In this document: positions 55,528 to 64,000 of the stretch, in pieces
Layout: each line of letters opens with the position of its first letter
How positions within the stretch are numbered: the first letter of the stretch is position 1
Sequence record: CP109674.1
DNA: 64,000 bases
From: a plasmid
Strand: one strand, 5' to 3'
Notes under the pieces: model-generated
The model's input: the letters and a program-made list of their open reading frames with translations, nothing else
Told to the model about the DNA's origin: nothing
Databases searched by the model: none
Position numbers and translations under genes: made by a program

Positions 55528-55960
55528 CGGTTATCCACAAACGAAAGTATATACGCATATCACAGTCAACGGAAATACATACCCCAGTTAATACAATTGC
55601 ATACCGCAATAGTTGATCTCGCACACAACAGTCAACATACCACACACCACAGTTAATGAAGATAGTCTCCAGGCTCAGGCGTAGCGGGGCGCTAAACGAT
55701 CCGGGGATCTCTTTTTGATCTCAACATGATCTCCTTAAGGATCAATTACTGGATCGAAATATGGAATAACAGCCAGCATCCAATACATATGGACCACTGA
55801 CATGACACAATGTGAATCTTGGTACAACAACCCAGTAATACAACACCAGGAAAGGCAATAGTCTTGACTGTGATATGCAGAAAAATGCATGTCATTACTC
55901 TTCCCTATTCCTATTCAGCTTCATACCGCAGTCAATAATCTGCATACTATAGTCAATTCC
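55528..55960. repeat. RepFIB upstream iterons plus a DnaA box (TTATCCACA at 55531-55539).
   Basis: Multiple ACAGTCAA / ACAGTTAA-core repeats (tatcacagtcaacgg, acaacagtcaacat, accacagttaatg, cttgactgtgatatg, ccgcagtcaataat, tatagtcaattcc). A consensus DnaA box lies 15 bp upstream of the repB start. Confidence 0.6.
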
Positions 55961-56255
55961 TTACCATTCAGTTCCTTCCAGTGGAGCTTCGTTAGCTTCA
56001 GAGCGTCAGCCACACCTTGTTAGTACGGAGTAATTCCGCTTCCTCGACGCATGCGCCTACGCGCGCATACTTTCTGCGGCGAGCGGATGATATTGACTGA
56101 AGCATGCGGCAGCCTTTCAGGCGGATGCTGAACTGAACAAGACTATATTTTGATCGGCTTTGCAATATTTAAGACGGTTTGCAACTTTAATGTTGCTTTG
56201 CGCCTTTTACCAAGATTTAATAGATTAATGCAAAGATAATAATAAGGAACAAAGA

Positions 56256-57422
56256 ATGGGACTGATGGAAACGCTTGACCAGTGCATTACGGCCGGTCAT
56301 GAAATGACGAAAGCTATCGCGATTGCACAGTTTAACGATGATAGCCCGGAAGCCAGGAAAATTACCCGTCGCTGGCGTGTGGGTGAGGCCGCCGATCTGA
56401 TTGGCGTTTCTTCTCAGGCAATCCGTGATGCAGAAAAAGCAGGACGCCTTCCCCATCCTGATATGGAAATGCGTGGACGTGTAGAGCAGCGGGTGGGCTA
56501 CACCATTGAACAAATCAACCATATGCGGGATGTATTTGGCACCCGTCTGCGCCGTCCTGATGACAGCGTTCCGCCCGTCATCGCGGTGGCAGCACATAAA
56601 GGGGGTGTCTATAAGACATCTGTATCTGTACATTTGGCACAGGACCTGGCGCTGAAAGGGCTGCGAGTACTGCTTGTCGAAGGGAACGATCCTCAAGGCA
56701 CAGCCTCCATGTACCACGGCTGGGTCCCTGATTTGCATATCCATGCCGAAGACACACTGCTGCCTTTTTATCTTGGTGAGCGCGATGATGCAGCCTATGC
56801 CGTCAAAGCCACCTGCTGGCCGGGTCTCGACATCATACCTTCATGCCTGGCTCTGCACCGCATTGAGACAGAACTAATGGGAAGGTTTGACAACGGGAAA
56901 CTGCCGACAGAACCTCATATGATGCTTCGCCTGGCCATCGAAACAGTGGCCCATGATTATGATGTCATTGTTATCGACAGTGCACCGAACCTCGGTATTG
57001 GTACCATCAATGTCGTCTGTGCTGCAGATGTACTCATCGTGCCAACGCCAGCAGAGTTATTTGATTACACCTCTGCCCTTCAGTTTTTTGACATGCTGCG
57101 CGACCTGTTAAAAAACGTGGACCTGCAGGGTTTTGAACCTGACGTTAGAATTCTTCTGACCAAGTACAGCAATAACAATGGCTCACAGTCACCCTGGATG
57201 GAAGAACAGATCCGCGATGCCTGGGGAAGCATGGTACTGAAAAACGTTGTTCGCGAGACCGACGAAGTCGGTAAAGGTCAGATCCGTATGAGAACGGTGT
57301 TTGAGCAGGCTATCGATCAGCGCTCATCTACAGGAGCCTGGCGAAATGCGCTGTCTATCTGGGAGCCTGTCTGTAATGAAATTTTTGATCGCCTGATTAA
57401 ACCTCGCTGGGAGATCAGATAA
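56256..57422 (+). CDS. sopA: Partition ATPase SopA (ParA, type Ia).
   Basis: 388-aa translation with a deviant Walker A motif (KGGVYKTS). Near-identical to F-plasmid SopA as recalled. Upstream operator repeats (CTTTGC) at 56140-56200. Confidence 0.9.
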   Translation: MGLMETLDQCITAGHEMTKAIAIAQFNDDSPEARKITRRWRVGEAADLIGVSSQAIRDAEKAGRLPHPDMEMRGRVEQRVGYTIEQINHMRDVFGTRLRRPDDSVPPVIAVAAHKGGVYKTSVSVHLAQDLALKGLRVLLVEGNDPQGTASMYHGWVPDLHIHAEDTLLPFYLGERDDAAYAVKATCWPGLDIIPSCLALHRIETELMGRFDNGKLPTEPHMMLRLAIETVAHDYDVIVIDSAPNLGIGTINVVCAADVLIVPTPAELFDYTSALQFFDMLRDLLKNVDLQGFEPDVRILLTKYSNNNGSQSPWMEEQIRDAWGSMVLKNVVRETDEVGKGQIRMRTVFEQAIDQRSSTGAWRNALSIWEPVCNEIFDRLIKPRWEIR

Positions 57423-58387
57423 TGAAACGTGCACCAGTCATTCCAAAACATACCGTAAAAGATATCCGCCCCGAAACTGAACCTTCAGCGGCACCCGCTG
57501 CACCGATGGTTGATTCATTAATTGCACGGGTTGGAGCCATGGCCCGCGGGAATACCATTCTGCTTCCGGTTTGTGGCCGGGAAGTGAAATTTATTCTGGA
57601 AGCGATCCCGGGCGAGAGTGTTGAGACGGCATCAAGAGTCTGGTCAGGTAATGAACGTGACCAGGAACTACTGACCGAAGACGCGCTTGATGATCTGATT
57701 CCATCTTTTATGCTGAGTGGTCAACAGACGCCTGCGTTCGGACGAAGGGTAGAAGGTGTCATTGAAATTGCTGATGGTAGTCGCCGTCGTAAAGCCGCCA
57801 TACTGACATCATCAGATTATCGTGTTCTCGTCGGGGATCTCGATGACGAACAGATGATGGCTTTATCACGGCTGGGTAATGATTATCGTCCTGTCAGCGC
57901 TTATGAACGGGGCAACCGTTATGCACAGCGGTTGGAAAATGATTTTAACGGCAATATCTCTGCTCTGGCTGAAGCTGAGAATATTTCCCGTAAAATCATC
58001 ACGCGTTGCATCAACACGGCCCATTTGCCAAAATCAGTGGTTGCCCTGTTTACTCATCCTGGTGAACTTTCCGCCCGCTCTGGGGAGACGCTGTACAAAG
58101 CATTTTCGGGAAAAGAAGCTTTATTGTTGCAACGGACACAACAGCTTCATGAGCAAAAGAAAGCGGGAGTTATCTTTGAATCCGAGGAAGTTATTGGTTT
58201 ACTGACGGATGTTCTGAAAGAGCCATCAGGTAAAAAAGTAAACCTTAATACCCGTCATCAATTTGTACCTGGTGCGACAGCCCTATACAAAGGCGATAAG
58301 GTGATTTTTAATCTCGATAAATCTCGTTTGCCTGCCGAGTGTATCGAGAAGATAGAAAGCATACTGCGCGACTTACAAAAAGTTTAG
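57422..58387 (+). CDS. sopB: Centromere-binding protein SopB (ParB).
   Basis: 321 aa. ParB-like HTH region, and position immediately after sopA with an overlapping stop/start. Confidence 0.85.
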   Translation: MKRAPVIPKHTVKDIRPETEPSAAPAAPMVDSLIARVGAMARGNTILLPVCGREVKFILEAIPGESVETASRVWSGNERDQELLTEDALDDLIPSFMLSGQQTPAFGRRVEGVIEIADGSRRRKAAILTSSDYRVLVGDLDDEQMMALSRLGNDYRPVSAYERGNRYAQRLENDFNGNISALAEAENISRKIITRCINTAHLPKSVVALFTHPGELSARSGETLYKAFSGKEALLLQRTQQLHEQKKAGVIFESEEVIGLLTDVLKEPSGKKVNLNTRHQFVPGATALYKGDKVIFNLDKSRLPAECIEKIESILRDLQKV

Positions 58388-58448
58388 CCTGTTTAATGAT
58401 ACACGCGAGAGTCTTCATTAATTTCCAATATCCTTAATGCGTTACATG

Positions 58449-58485
58449 CTGCTTCGGAATATATACATCCGAAGCAGTTATTTTC
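58449..58485 (+). terminator. Hairpin terminator after sopB.
   Basis: CTGCTTCGGAATATATACATCCGAAGCAG followed by TTATTTT. Confidence 0.5.
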
Positions 58486-58649
58486 TGCACTATAGCCCAG
58501 TGTTGTTAAAAAGATCTGTTTACTTCTCCCAACCTGATTGTTACCACAATCTAAAGATCCAGTTTTTTCTAGTTTTCCTTAACTAGTTCCGCAGTTCACC
58601 CCTCAACCTGCATATCAGAACTCAGACGGTAACCCATCCCGGAATACTG

Positions 58650-58870
58650 ATTTCATACACCAGATTAACTGGGACCACGGTCCCACTTCCTACTTGCGTG
58701 TCAGAACTCACCCGTCAAGCCCGCTTGGAATATCGATTCCACACGCCGGATTTAACTGGGACCACGGTCCCACCTCCTACTTGCGTGTCAGAACTCATCC
58801 TTCAACCCCGCCTGGAATATCGATTCCACACGCCGGATTTAACTGGGACCATGGTCCCACTCTATTCAGC
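58650..58870. repeat. sopC: sopC-like centromere: three direct repeats, each containing the palindrome TGGGACCACGGTCCCA, with a period of about 87-88 bp.
   Basis: Palindrome copies start at about 58669, 58756 and 58844. The third copy is the degenerate variant TGGGACCATGGTCCCA. The ORFs 58694..58930 and 58698..58910 are repeat artefacts. Confidence 0.7.
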
Positions 58871-59036
58871 TGTTTCTATCACAATACAGATTTTGAGATT
58901 GTTACTGTGATTCCTGTATTAGGTGCGTAAGAAGATTATGTTCGTTTTGTTCCCTGGTGCTTCCTCGCTCACTCGCGGGCTTCGCCCTGTCGTTCGGCTG
59001 CGGCGAGCACTACTGGCTCTCTCAGAAAAGCAGAAT

Positions 59037-60308
59037 TTATCTGATCCTCGCAACGGGAATATCTTTCCAGCGGGTGGTGTACGCAGGGGAGAGCATATCG
59101 CGTTTCATTTGCCATGATGGCGCTATCCCTCGCCCGGCAAACCAGATCTGTCCCAGACCGGAATGATTAATGCCATCGAGAACCTTCATCAGCTCAGAGC
59201 TGTGAGGACGTGGCGGACGTTCGTCGAACAGCTGCAGCTGCGAAACGCCGGAGCCGGTGAAGTCATTCAGCATCACACCGGCTTTGGCATACAGGTGCCC
59301 ATCCTTCCAGATACGCTCCAGAGCCGTTGTGGCGGCCGCAATAATGTCCCGGGTGTCCTGAGTGGGTGTAAGCAGTTTCTCCGTGGCCACGTTGCCGTAG
59401 TAAGGCTCTTTAACGGCGAACGGAGACGTTTTGATGAAAACGGAAATATGCCGGCAGTACTGGCGCTCTTTCCGCAGCTTTTCAGAGGCCCGCTCTGCGT
59501 ACTGACAGACAGCCTGGCGGAGCGAATCGTACTCCGTGATTTTCTCTCCAAAGCTGCGGCTGCAGACGATCTGCTGTTTCGTCGGTGGTGCTTCCTCAAG
59601 CGACATGCAGCTTTCCCCGTTCAGTTCGCGTACTGTTCGCTCGAGAACGACGGAGAAATTTTTGCGTATAAAGGCCGGGTTCGTCAGGGCCAGATCGAGC
59701 GCGGTCCTGATACCCAGTACATTAAGTTTGCGTGCAATACGGTTTCCCACGCCCCAGATCTCTTCGACCGGCTGCAGTGAAAGCAGTTTCCGCGTTCGCT
59801 GAGGATTTCCCCTGGTCAGGGCGAGCACACCACGAAACTGTTTCCACTCCTTTGAGGCCCACTGGGCTGATTTTGCCAGGGTTTTCGTCGGCCCGGCACC
59901 CACGCCGATGGTCAGACGGGTACAGTCATACACGTGCTGGCGCAGCTGCCGGCCGAAGTCCTCCAGGTCCATGCAGTGCTCAACGCCGGTCAGGTCGAGG
60001 AACATCTCGTCAATCGAATACTGTTCCACCCTTGGGGCCAGCTCCTCCAGGCAGCTCATCACGCGCGCTGACATCGAGGCATAAAGTTCATAGTTGCTTG
60101 AGAACGCGTATATTTTTTCCGGATACGTTTCGTTTTTCATCTGAAACCACGGCGTGCCCATTTTGATCCAGGGCTTTGCCTCGGCACTTCTTGCGATAAC
60201 GCAGCCATCGTTATTACTGAGCACCACAACCGGCTTTCCTTTCAAATCCGGGCGGAAAACACGTTCGCAGCTGGCATAAAAGCTGTTCACATCGGCCAGG
60301 GCAAACAT
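59037..60308 (-). CDS. umuC: Y-family DNA polymerase V catalytic subunit (UmuC/MucB-like).
   Basis: 423 aa. [41 protein letters not shown] is the UmuC N-terminal signature. Confidence 0.9.
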   Translation of the reverse strand: MFALADVNSFYASCERVFRPDLKGKPVVVLSNNDGCVIARSAEAKPWIKMGTPWFQMKNETYPEKIYAFSSNYELYASMSARVMSCLEELAPRVEQYSIDEMFLDLTGVEHCMDLEDFGRQLRQHVYDCTRLTIGVGAGPTKTLAKSAQWASKEWKQFRGVLALTRGNPQRTRKLLSLQPVEEIWGVGNRIARKLNVLGIRTALDLALTNPAFIRKNFSVVLERTVRELNGESCMSLEEAPPTKQQIVCSRSFGEKITEYDSLRQAVCQYAERASEKLRKERQYCRHISVFIKTSPFAVKEPYYGNVATEKLLTPTQDTRDIIAAATTALERIWKDGHLYAKAGVMLNDFTGSGVSQLQLFDERPPRPHSSELMKVLDGINHSGLGQIWFAGRGIAPSWQMKRDMLSPAYTTRWKDIPVARIR

Positions 60309-60739
60309 CAGTACATCTCCCTCGGGCGGTGGATGATGTGCGTGACGACGCCAAAGATATCCAGATCGTCCGGGTCGGGATAAATCGGCGGCCAGGCGGC
60401 GTTCATTGGCTGCAGCGTCAGTCGTGGCGTCAGCAGAAGCCGTTTAACCGTAAACTCCCCCTGCACACTGGCCACAACAATATCGCCGTGCCGGGGCTTC
60501 TCTGCACTGTCCACAACCAGCAGATCGCCATTGTAAAGGCTGCCGTCGGACATACTGTCACCGCTGGCACGGAGATAGTAAGTCGCGCTCGGGTGCCGTA
60601 TGCAGTAATCATGGAGATCCAGGTCGGACTCGACATAGTCAGCGGCAGGGCTCGGAAAACCGCAGCTGGCCAGGTCTGCAAACAACGGATGGGCCTGTGG
60701 CGGGAGTGCTTTCCCGGTGCTGAAAAGCTGCAGTTTCAT
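60308..60739 (-). CDS. umuD: UmuD/MucA-like self-cleaving accessory protein (LexA-type peptidase S24).
   Basis: 143 aa. Ser/Lys dyad context (SGDSM ... KRL). 1-nt overlap (ATGA) with umuC. Confidence 0.85.
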   Translation of the reverse strand: MKLQLFSTGKALPPQAHPLFADLASCGFPSPAADYVESDLDLHDYCIRHPSATYYLRASGDSMSDGSLYNGDLLVVDSAEKPRHGDIVVASVQGEFTVKRLLLTPRLTLQPMNAAWPPIYPDPDDLDIFGVVTHIIHRPREMY

Positions 60740-60761
60740 CTTTCCTCCTGACGTCTAAATA

Positions 60762-60781
60762 TACTGGATATGCATACAGTA
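60762..60781. promoter_or_regulatory. LexA (SOS) box upstream of umuD.
   Basis: On the minus strand, TACTGTATGCATATCCAGTA against the consensus TACTGT-N8-ACAGTA (one mismatch). Located about 25 bp upstream of the umuD start codon. Confidence 0.6.
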
Positions 60782-60967
60782 TATTTAACAGCGTGAGGAT
60801 AATCCAGATCACCTGCTTCATGAACAGGGTGAGTAACCTAAGTTACTCAAAATGCTATTTAATATCATTATGGGACATTTAAATTACTCATAATGAGAAG
60901 CATGGCTTTTATTTTGCCATTTTGCTCTTATAATATGTATCAAATTGAGTTTAATTGACGGAGCATA

Positions 60968-61942
60968 ATGATGAATATTTACTGCGATGATGGTTCAACT
61001 AATGTTAAGCTGGCATGGTTTGAAGGAAACGAGCTGCAGACCCGGGTTTCAGCTAACTCCTTCCGGCATGGCTGGAAAGTGGCGGAATTCAGTGCCGCAA
61101 CGTTCAACTATCAGGTGGGCACGCTGAAATACACCTGGGACAGCGTCAGCCGGGATGCCATCCCGACAACAAACGTGGAATACCAGTACGGTGATCTCAA
61201 CCTGCTGGCCGTGCATCATGCCCTGCTGAACAGCGGACTTGAGCCGCAGCCGGTGAGCCTGACCGTGACGCTGCCCCTGAGCGAGTATTATGACGGGGAC
61301 TGCCAGCGGAACGAGGAGAACATCCGACGCAAACGAGAAAACCTGATGCGTGAGCTGGTTCTGAATAAGGGCAGGGCATTTACCGTAACGGACGTGAAGG
61401 TGATGCCTGAATCACTGCCGGCGGCGTTCTCCCGTCTCGCGGAGCTGAAGCCCGGACCCGCTGAGACCACCCTGATTATCGATCTCGGCGGAACCACGCT
61501 CGATGCCGGCGTGATTGTCGGACAGTTTGATGATATCAGTGCGGTACACGGCAATCCGTCTGTCGGCGTGTCACAGGTCACCCGCGCAGCTGCAGGCGCG
61601 CTGCGGGCTGCAGACAGCGAAACCAGCGCGCTTATTGCTGACACGGTCATCCGCAACCGCAATGATCGTCAGTATCTGCAGCGAGTGATCAACGATGCCG
61701 GAAAAATTGACGATGTTCTGAACAAAATTACAGAGGCAATCACTTCCCTGGGCGCGCGTGTCACCAGTGAGCTGACGGTCTTCAGGAGCGTTAACCGGGT
61801 ATTCCTGGTCGGGGGAGGGGCATCCCTCATTGAAGAGGCTATCCGTCAGGCCTGGCCTCTGGCTCCTGACCGTATCGAGGTTATCGGCGATCCGCAGCTG
61901 GCGCTGGCCAGAGAGATTGCCCTTTACAATAAAGAGGACTAA
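60968..61942 (+). CDS. stbA: Actin-like segregation ATPase (ParM/StbA, type II partition).
   Basis: 324 aa. Actin-fold phosphate motifs (IYCDDGSTNVK; LIIDLGGTTLD). Confidence 0.8.
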   Translation: MMNIYCDDGSTNVKLAWFEGNELQTRVSANSFRHGWKVAEFSAATFNYQVGTLKYTWDSVSRDAIPTTNVEYQYGDLNLLAVHHALLNSGLEPQPVSLTVTLPLSEYYDGDCQRNEENIRRKRENLMRELVLNKGRAFTVTDVKVMPESLPAAFSRLAELKPGPAETTLIIDLGGTTLDAGVIVGQFDDISAVHGNPSVGVSQVTRAAAGALRAADSETSALIADTVIRNRNDRQYLQRVINDAGKIDDVLNKITEAITSLGARVTSELTVFRSVNRVFLVGGGASLIEEAIRQAWPLAPDRIEVIGDPQLALAREIALYNKED

Positions 61943-61944
61943 AC

Positions 61945-62607
61945 GTGCCGGACGGCCAGTATTCTTTCTATCTGCACAGCGACGATCGCACCGACATCAC
62001 GGCGATGGCGACCATCAGCACCATCTCACAGCCCCTGCGCGGTGACTTCATCCGGACCGCCGCCACCGCCGGGGCGGTGATGTACCAGACGGATGCCCGT
62101 TTACCGGCGCTGATCCCGGTGTTCTTTGACGGACATCTGAGTGCCATCCGGCTTTGTGCCGTGATGGCCCTGGTATCCGGCACCTGGTCTTCACTCTCAG
62201 GACTTCCTGATGAGCCTGATGGTGGCGTGGCTGCTCTGGCCATGTCACCGGAGACGGAATACCAGCGCCGGCGTTACACCCTGACGCTTCAGGATGACCG
62301 GAGCAGTGAACGGGTTGAGCGTGTGCTGACGGGCGTGTCATCCCGCCTGCGCGGAGAGCTGCTGAGAAACCTGATTATCACCGGTCTGGCCCTGCATACG
62401 ACTGCACCGGAGCTGCCGCGTCTGCTGGCCAGTATGCCGGTACCGCCCGGCACGGTCAGCGAGCTGCAGGTTCTGGTTCAGCAGATGGCTGGTACGGCTG
62501 ACGTGAGTATGGCTGCAGTGCCGGAGAAACCAGCGGAGCCTGCCGCACCGGTATCCGCTGAAGCGACCAGCATAAAGAAAAATATGCGCCGGGCATTCGG
62601 AGACTAG
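61945..62607 (+). CDS. Putative ParR/StbB-like partition adaptor. At 220 aa from a GTG start it is unusually long for this role.
   Basis: Starts 3 nt after the stbA stop with an AAGAGGA RBS. Pro/Ala-rich acidic C-terminus. No strong family call from sequence alone. Confidence 0.45.
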   Translation: MPDGQYSFYLHSDDRTDITAMATISTISQPLRGDFIRTAATAGAVMYQTDARLPALIPVFFDGHLSAIRLCAVMALVSGTWSSLSGLPDEPDGGVAALAMSPETEYQRRRYTLTLQDDRSSERVERVLTGVSSRLRGELLRNLIITGLALHTTAPELPRLLASMPVPPGTVSELQVLVQQMAGTADVSMAAVPEKPAEPAAPVSAEATSIKKNMRRAFGD

Positions 62608-62610
62608 AGC

Positions 62611-62874
62611 ATGTCAGTGATTAAACAAAAAGCAGTGCAGTGCATTCATAACTTTCTGCGCGCCCGGAACGTGCCTGAATCTCAGTGGCCGGAACGGGTC
62701 AAAAAGACCGGCAGGGGAATGATACTGGCAGGCGTGGCCGTCGTGGTTCCTGGCGTTCTGGTTGATAACATCTCACTGCCGGTGACAATCGCGATGCAGG
62801 TCTGCTATGCCTCACTGATCGGCCTCGGGGTTCTCTTGGCGTTTGACAAGAAAAAACCAGAGGGGCGGGGATGA
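62611..62874 (+). CDS. Small membrane protein of 87 aa.
   Basis: Two hydrophobic helices (MILAGVAVVVPGVLV; ASLIGLGVLLAF). Starts 4 nt after the previous stop. Confidence 0.4.
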   Translation: MSVIKQKAVQCIHNFLRARNVPESQWPERVKKTGRGMILAGVAVVVPGVLVDNISLPVTIAMQVCYASLIGLGVLLAFDKKKPEGRG

Positions 62875-62902
62875 ATATGAACATTAACCTGAAGGAAACA
62901 GT

Positions 62903-63106
62903 ATGCTGCTTGAAGAACTGACAGGAGACGAACGTACGCTGGTCGTTGTGGCACTGCAGGCGTTGTTCCGCGAGAGATTATCCGCATCAAATGCCGTCTT
63001 TACGGTATGTAGCCTGTCCGGAAAAGAGCAGCCGCCGGAAGATATTTTTGGGCTGCGTGAAGTAGAGGATGCGCTGAGACGTATTGGTGCAGCTCCTGCG
63101 CGTTAA
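62903..63106 (+). CDS. Small hypothetical protein of 67 aa.
   Basis: ORF in series with the stbAB cluster, followed by a hairpin at 63127-63160. Confidence 0.35.
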   Translation: MLLEELTGDERTLVVVALQALFRERLSASNAVFTVCSLSGKEQPPEDIFGLREVEDALRRIGAAPAR

Positions 63107-63480
63107 ATCCGGTCCCGTACACTTCAGAAAAAAACGGCAGGGTGACATCTCATCCCTGCCGTCAAAACTAAACGCTTAATTTTTCGGCGATTATAATGTA
63201 TTGTTTTGTGATGTAAATCACATTTTAATTTAATGTGAAATTTTTCCTCCGCTTTACATCTCCCGTAAAAAATTACCCGCCGTGCCTTCACGCTAACCCG
63301 GCCGCTGCGGTCGCAAGGGTTCACGTTGTCTCCGTCCTCACCCGTTCGCGCCCTGCACGGTGCATTCAGCCCGTGAAGGGCTTGCGCTGCGGCTTCGGCG
63401 TCGCCCTGGCGTCCTCCGCTTTACGCCGTGTTTTTGTGGCGGCACGGCGCAAGAGGGTGCCGGATGCTGAGGACACAACC

Positions 63481-63948
63481 ATGTTCAGACTGACCTGTAT
63501 TGAACTCGATAACGGCGAGTTTGCCGTCTATATCAATCACCATTACCTGGGGAGTGAAGATGCCAGCGGAGAGCGACTTTCTCTGGGGGAGGTTCTGGAG
63601 CAGCTCTCCCTGCTGCCGGGCGTGGAATTACAGACCCTGCTGGAACCCGTACCGGAGTGCGATGACTGGTGCTGGAACGACATCGCTGATCGCGTCCTGC
63701 CGTCGCGTCCTGCATGTCGTGATGATGTGACGGTGGCAGGGCTCATCGCCAGGCTGAAGCAGTACCCACCGGATGCACTGTGTATGGGGACGTTCTGGCT
63801 GGAAGATGATTTTCTGTCCCTCGATGGCAGTCTGTCGGAGGAGGAAATTGCAGAAGCCATGCGTATCTGCGACCACAGCCACGATGCAGGCATCGGTTTT
63901 AACTGGGACACGCTGCAGTTCGCTATCGACCACGTGAAGGGGCGCTAA
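63481..63948 (+). CDS. Hypothetical protein of 155 aa.
   Basis: ATG at 63481 with a GAGGA RBS. The track's longer start at 63235 runs through a GC-rich structured leader. No family recognised. Confidence 0.45.
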   Translation: MFRLTCIELDNGEFAVYINHHYLGSEDASGERLSLGEVLEQLSLLPGVELQTLLEPVPECDDWCWNDIADRVLPSRPACRDDVTVAGLIARLKQYPPDALCMGTFWLEDDFLSLDGSLSEEEIAEAMRICDHSHDAGIGFNWDTLQFAIDHVKGR

Positions 63949-64000
63949 AAAAAAGGACACCTTCCGGGGAGGGGTGTCCTGAAATGTGTCATATTCGTTG

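Noticed and set aside
58650-58930. A possible CRISPR array suggested by regularly spaced direct repeats and the ORFs 58694..58930 / 58698..58910.
   Set aside because: The repeats each contain the SopB-binding palindrome TGGGACCACGGTCCCA and lie directly after sopAB, so this is sopC. The ORFs are translation artefacts of the repeat.
59163-60166. Plus-strand ORFs inside umuC (59163..59780, 59732..60166).
   Set aside because: They are antisense to umuC. They are Arg/Pro/Ser-rich with no RBS.

Overview
This window reads as one segment of a large enterobacterial (Klebsiella-type) multireplicon F-like plasmid. I identified families by reading the translated ORFs and nucleotide motifs from memory; no database search was run.

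From left to right the window contains:
- A 3' gene fragment and an uncharacterised three-gene operon (1-2570).
- An IS903 / aph(3')-Ia (Tn903-derived) kanamycin-resistance module. It has two full, directly oriented IS903 copies plus an abutting 402-bp IS903 fragment. The copies bracket a truncated MFS transporter, an alcohol dehydrogenase and a LysR regulator (2711-9186).
- An IS5-family element (ISKpn26/IS5-like) with a CTAA target duplication, splitting an AT-rich 214-aa gene (9218-11062).
- Two about 70%-identical ISNCY/IS1202-type transposases flanking a SulP transporter, a tandem USP gene and a Tn2502-like arsR-arsB-arsC / arsH cluster (11.1-19.7 kb).
- A GNAT/RHH (KacAT-like) toxin-antitoxin pair.
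- An IncFII-family repA with a CopA-like stem-loop upstream and a DnaA box downstream.
- An orphan traX.
- A ParDE toxin-antitoxin pair.
- A complete copper/silver island: pcoE, pcoS, pcoR, pcoD, pcoC, pcoB, pcoA, a third SilE/PcoE paralog, an M23 peptidase, DUF2933-silP, silG, silA, silB, silF, silC, silR, silS, silE and a DUF305 gene. Four CusR/PcoR-type palindromic boxes sit at its promoters.
- A short AT-rich islet with an HNH-nuclease gene.
- A GAF-GGDEF diguanylate cyclase.
- The plasmid backbone: tyrosine recombinase, RepFIB repB with iterons, sopA/sopB/sopC partition, umuDC with a LexA box, and stbA/stbB with a parC-like region.

No rRNA, tRNA or CRISPR was seen. The most novel-looking candidates are the uncharacterised 3-gene operon at 844-2570, the AT-rich HNH islet at 48.65-50.55 kb, the IS5-inactivated AT-rich gene, and the membrane-protein pair beside the IncFII origin. 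None of these could be assigned a function from sequence alone.
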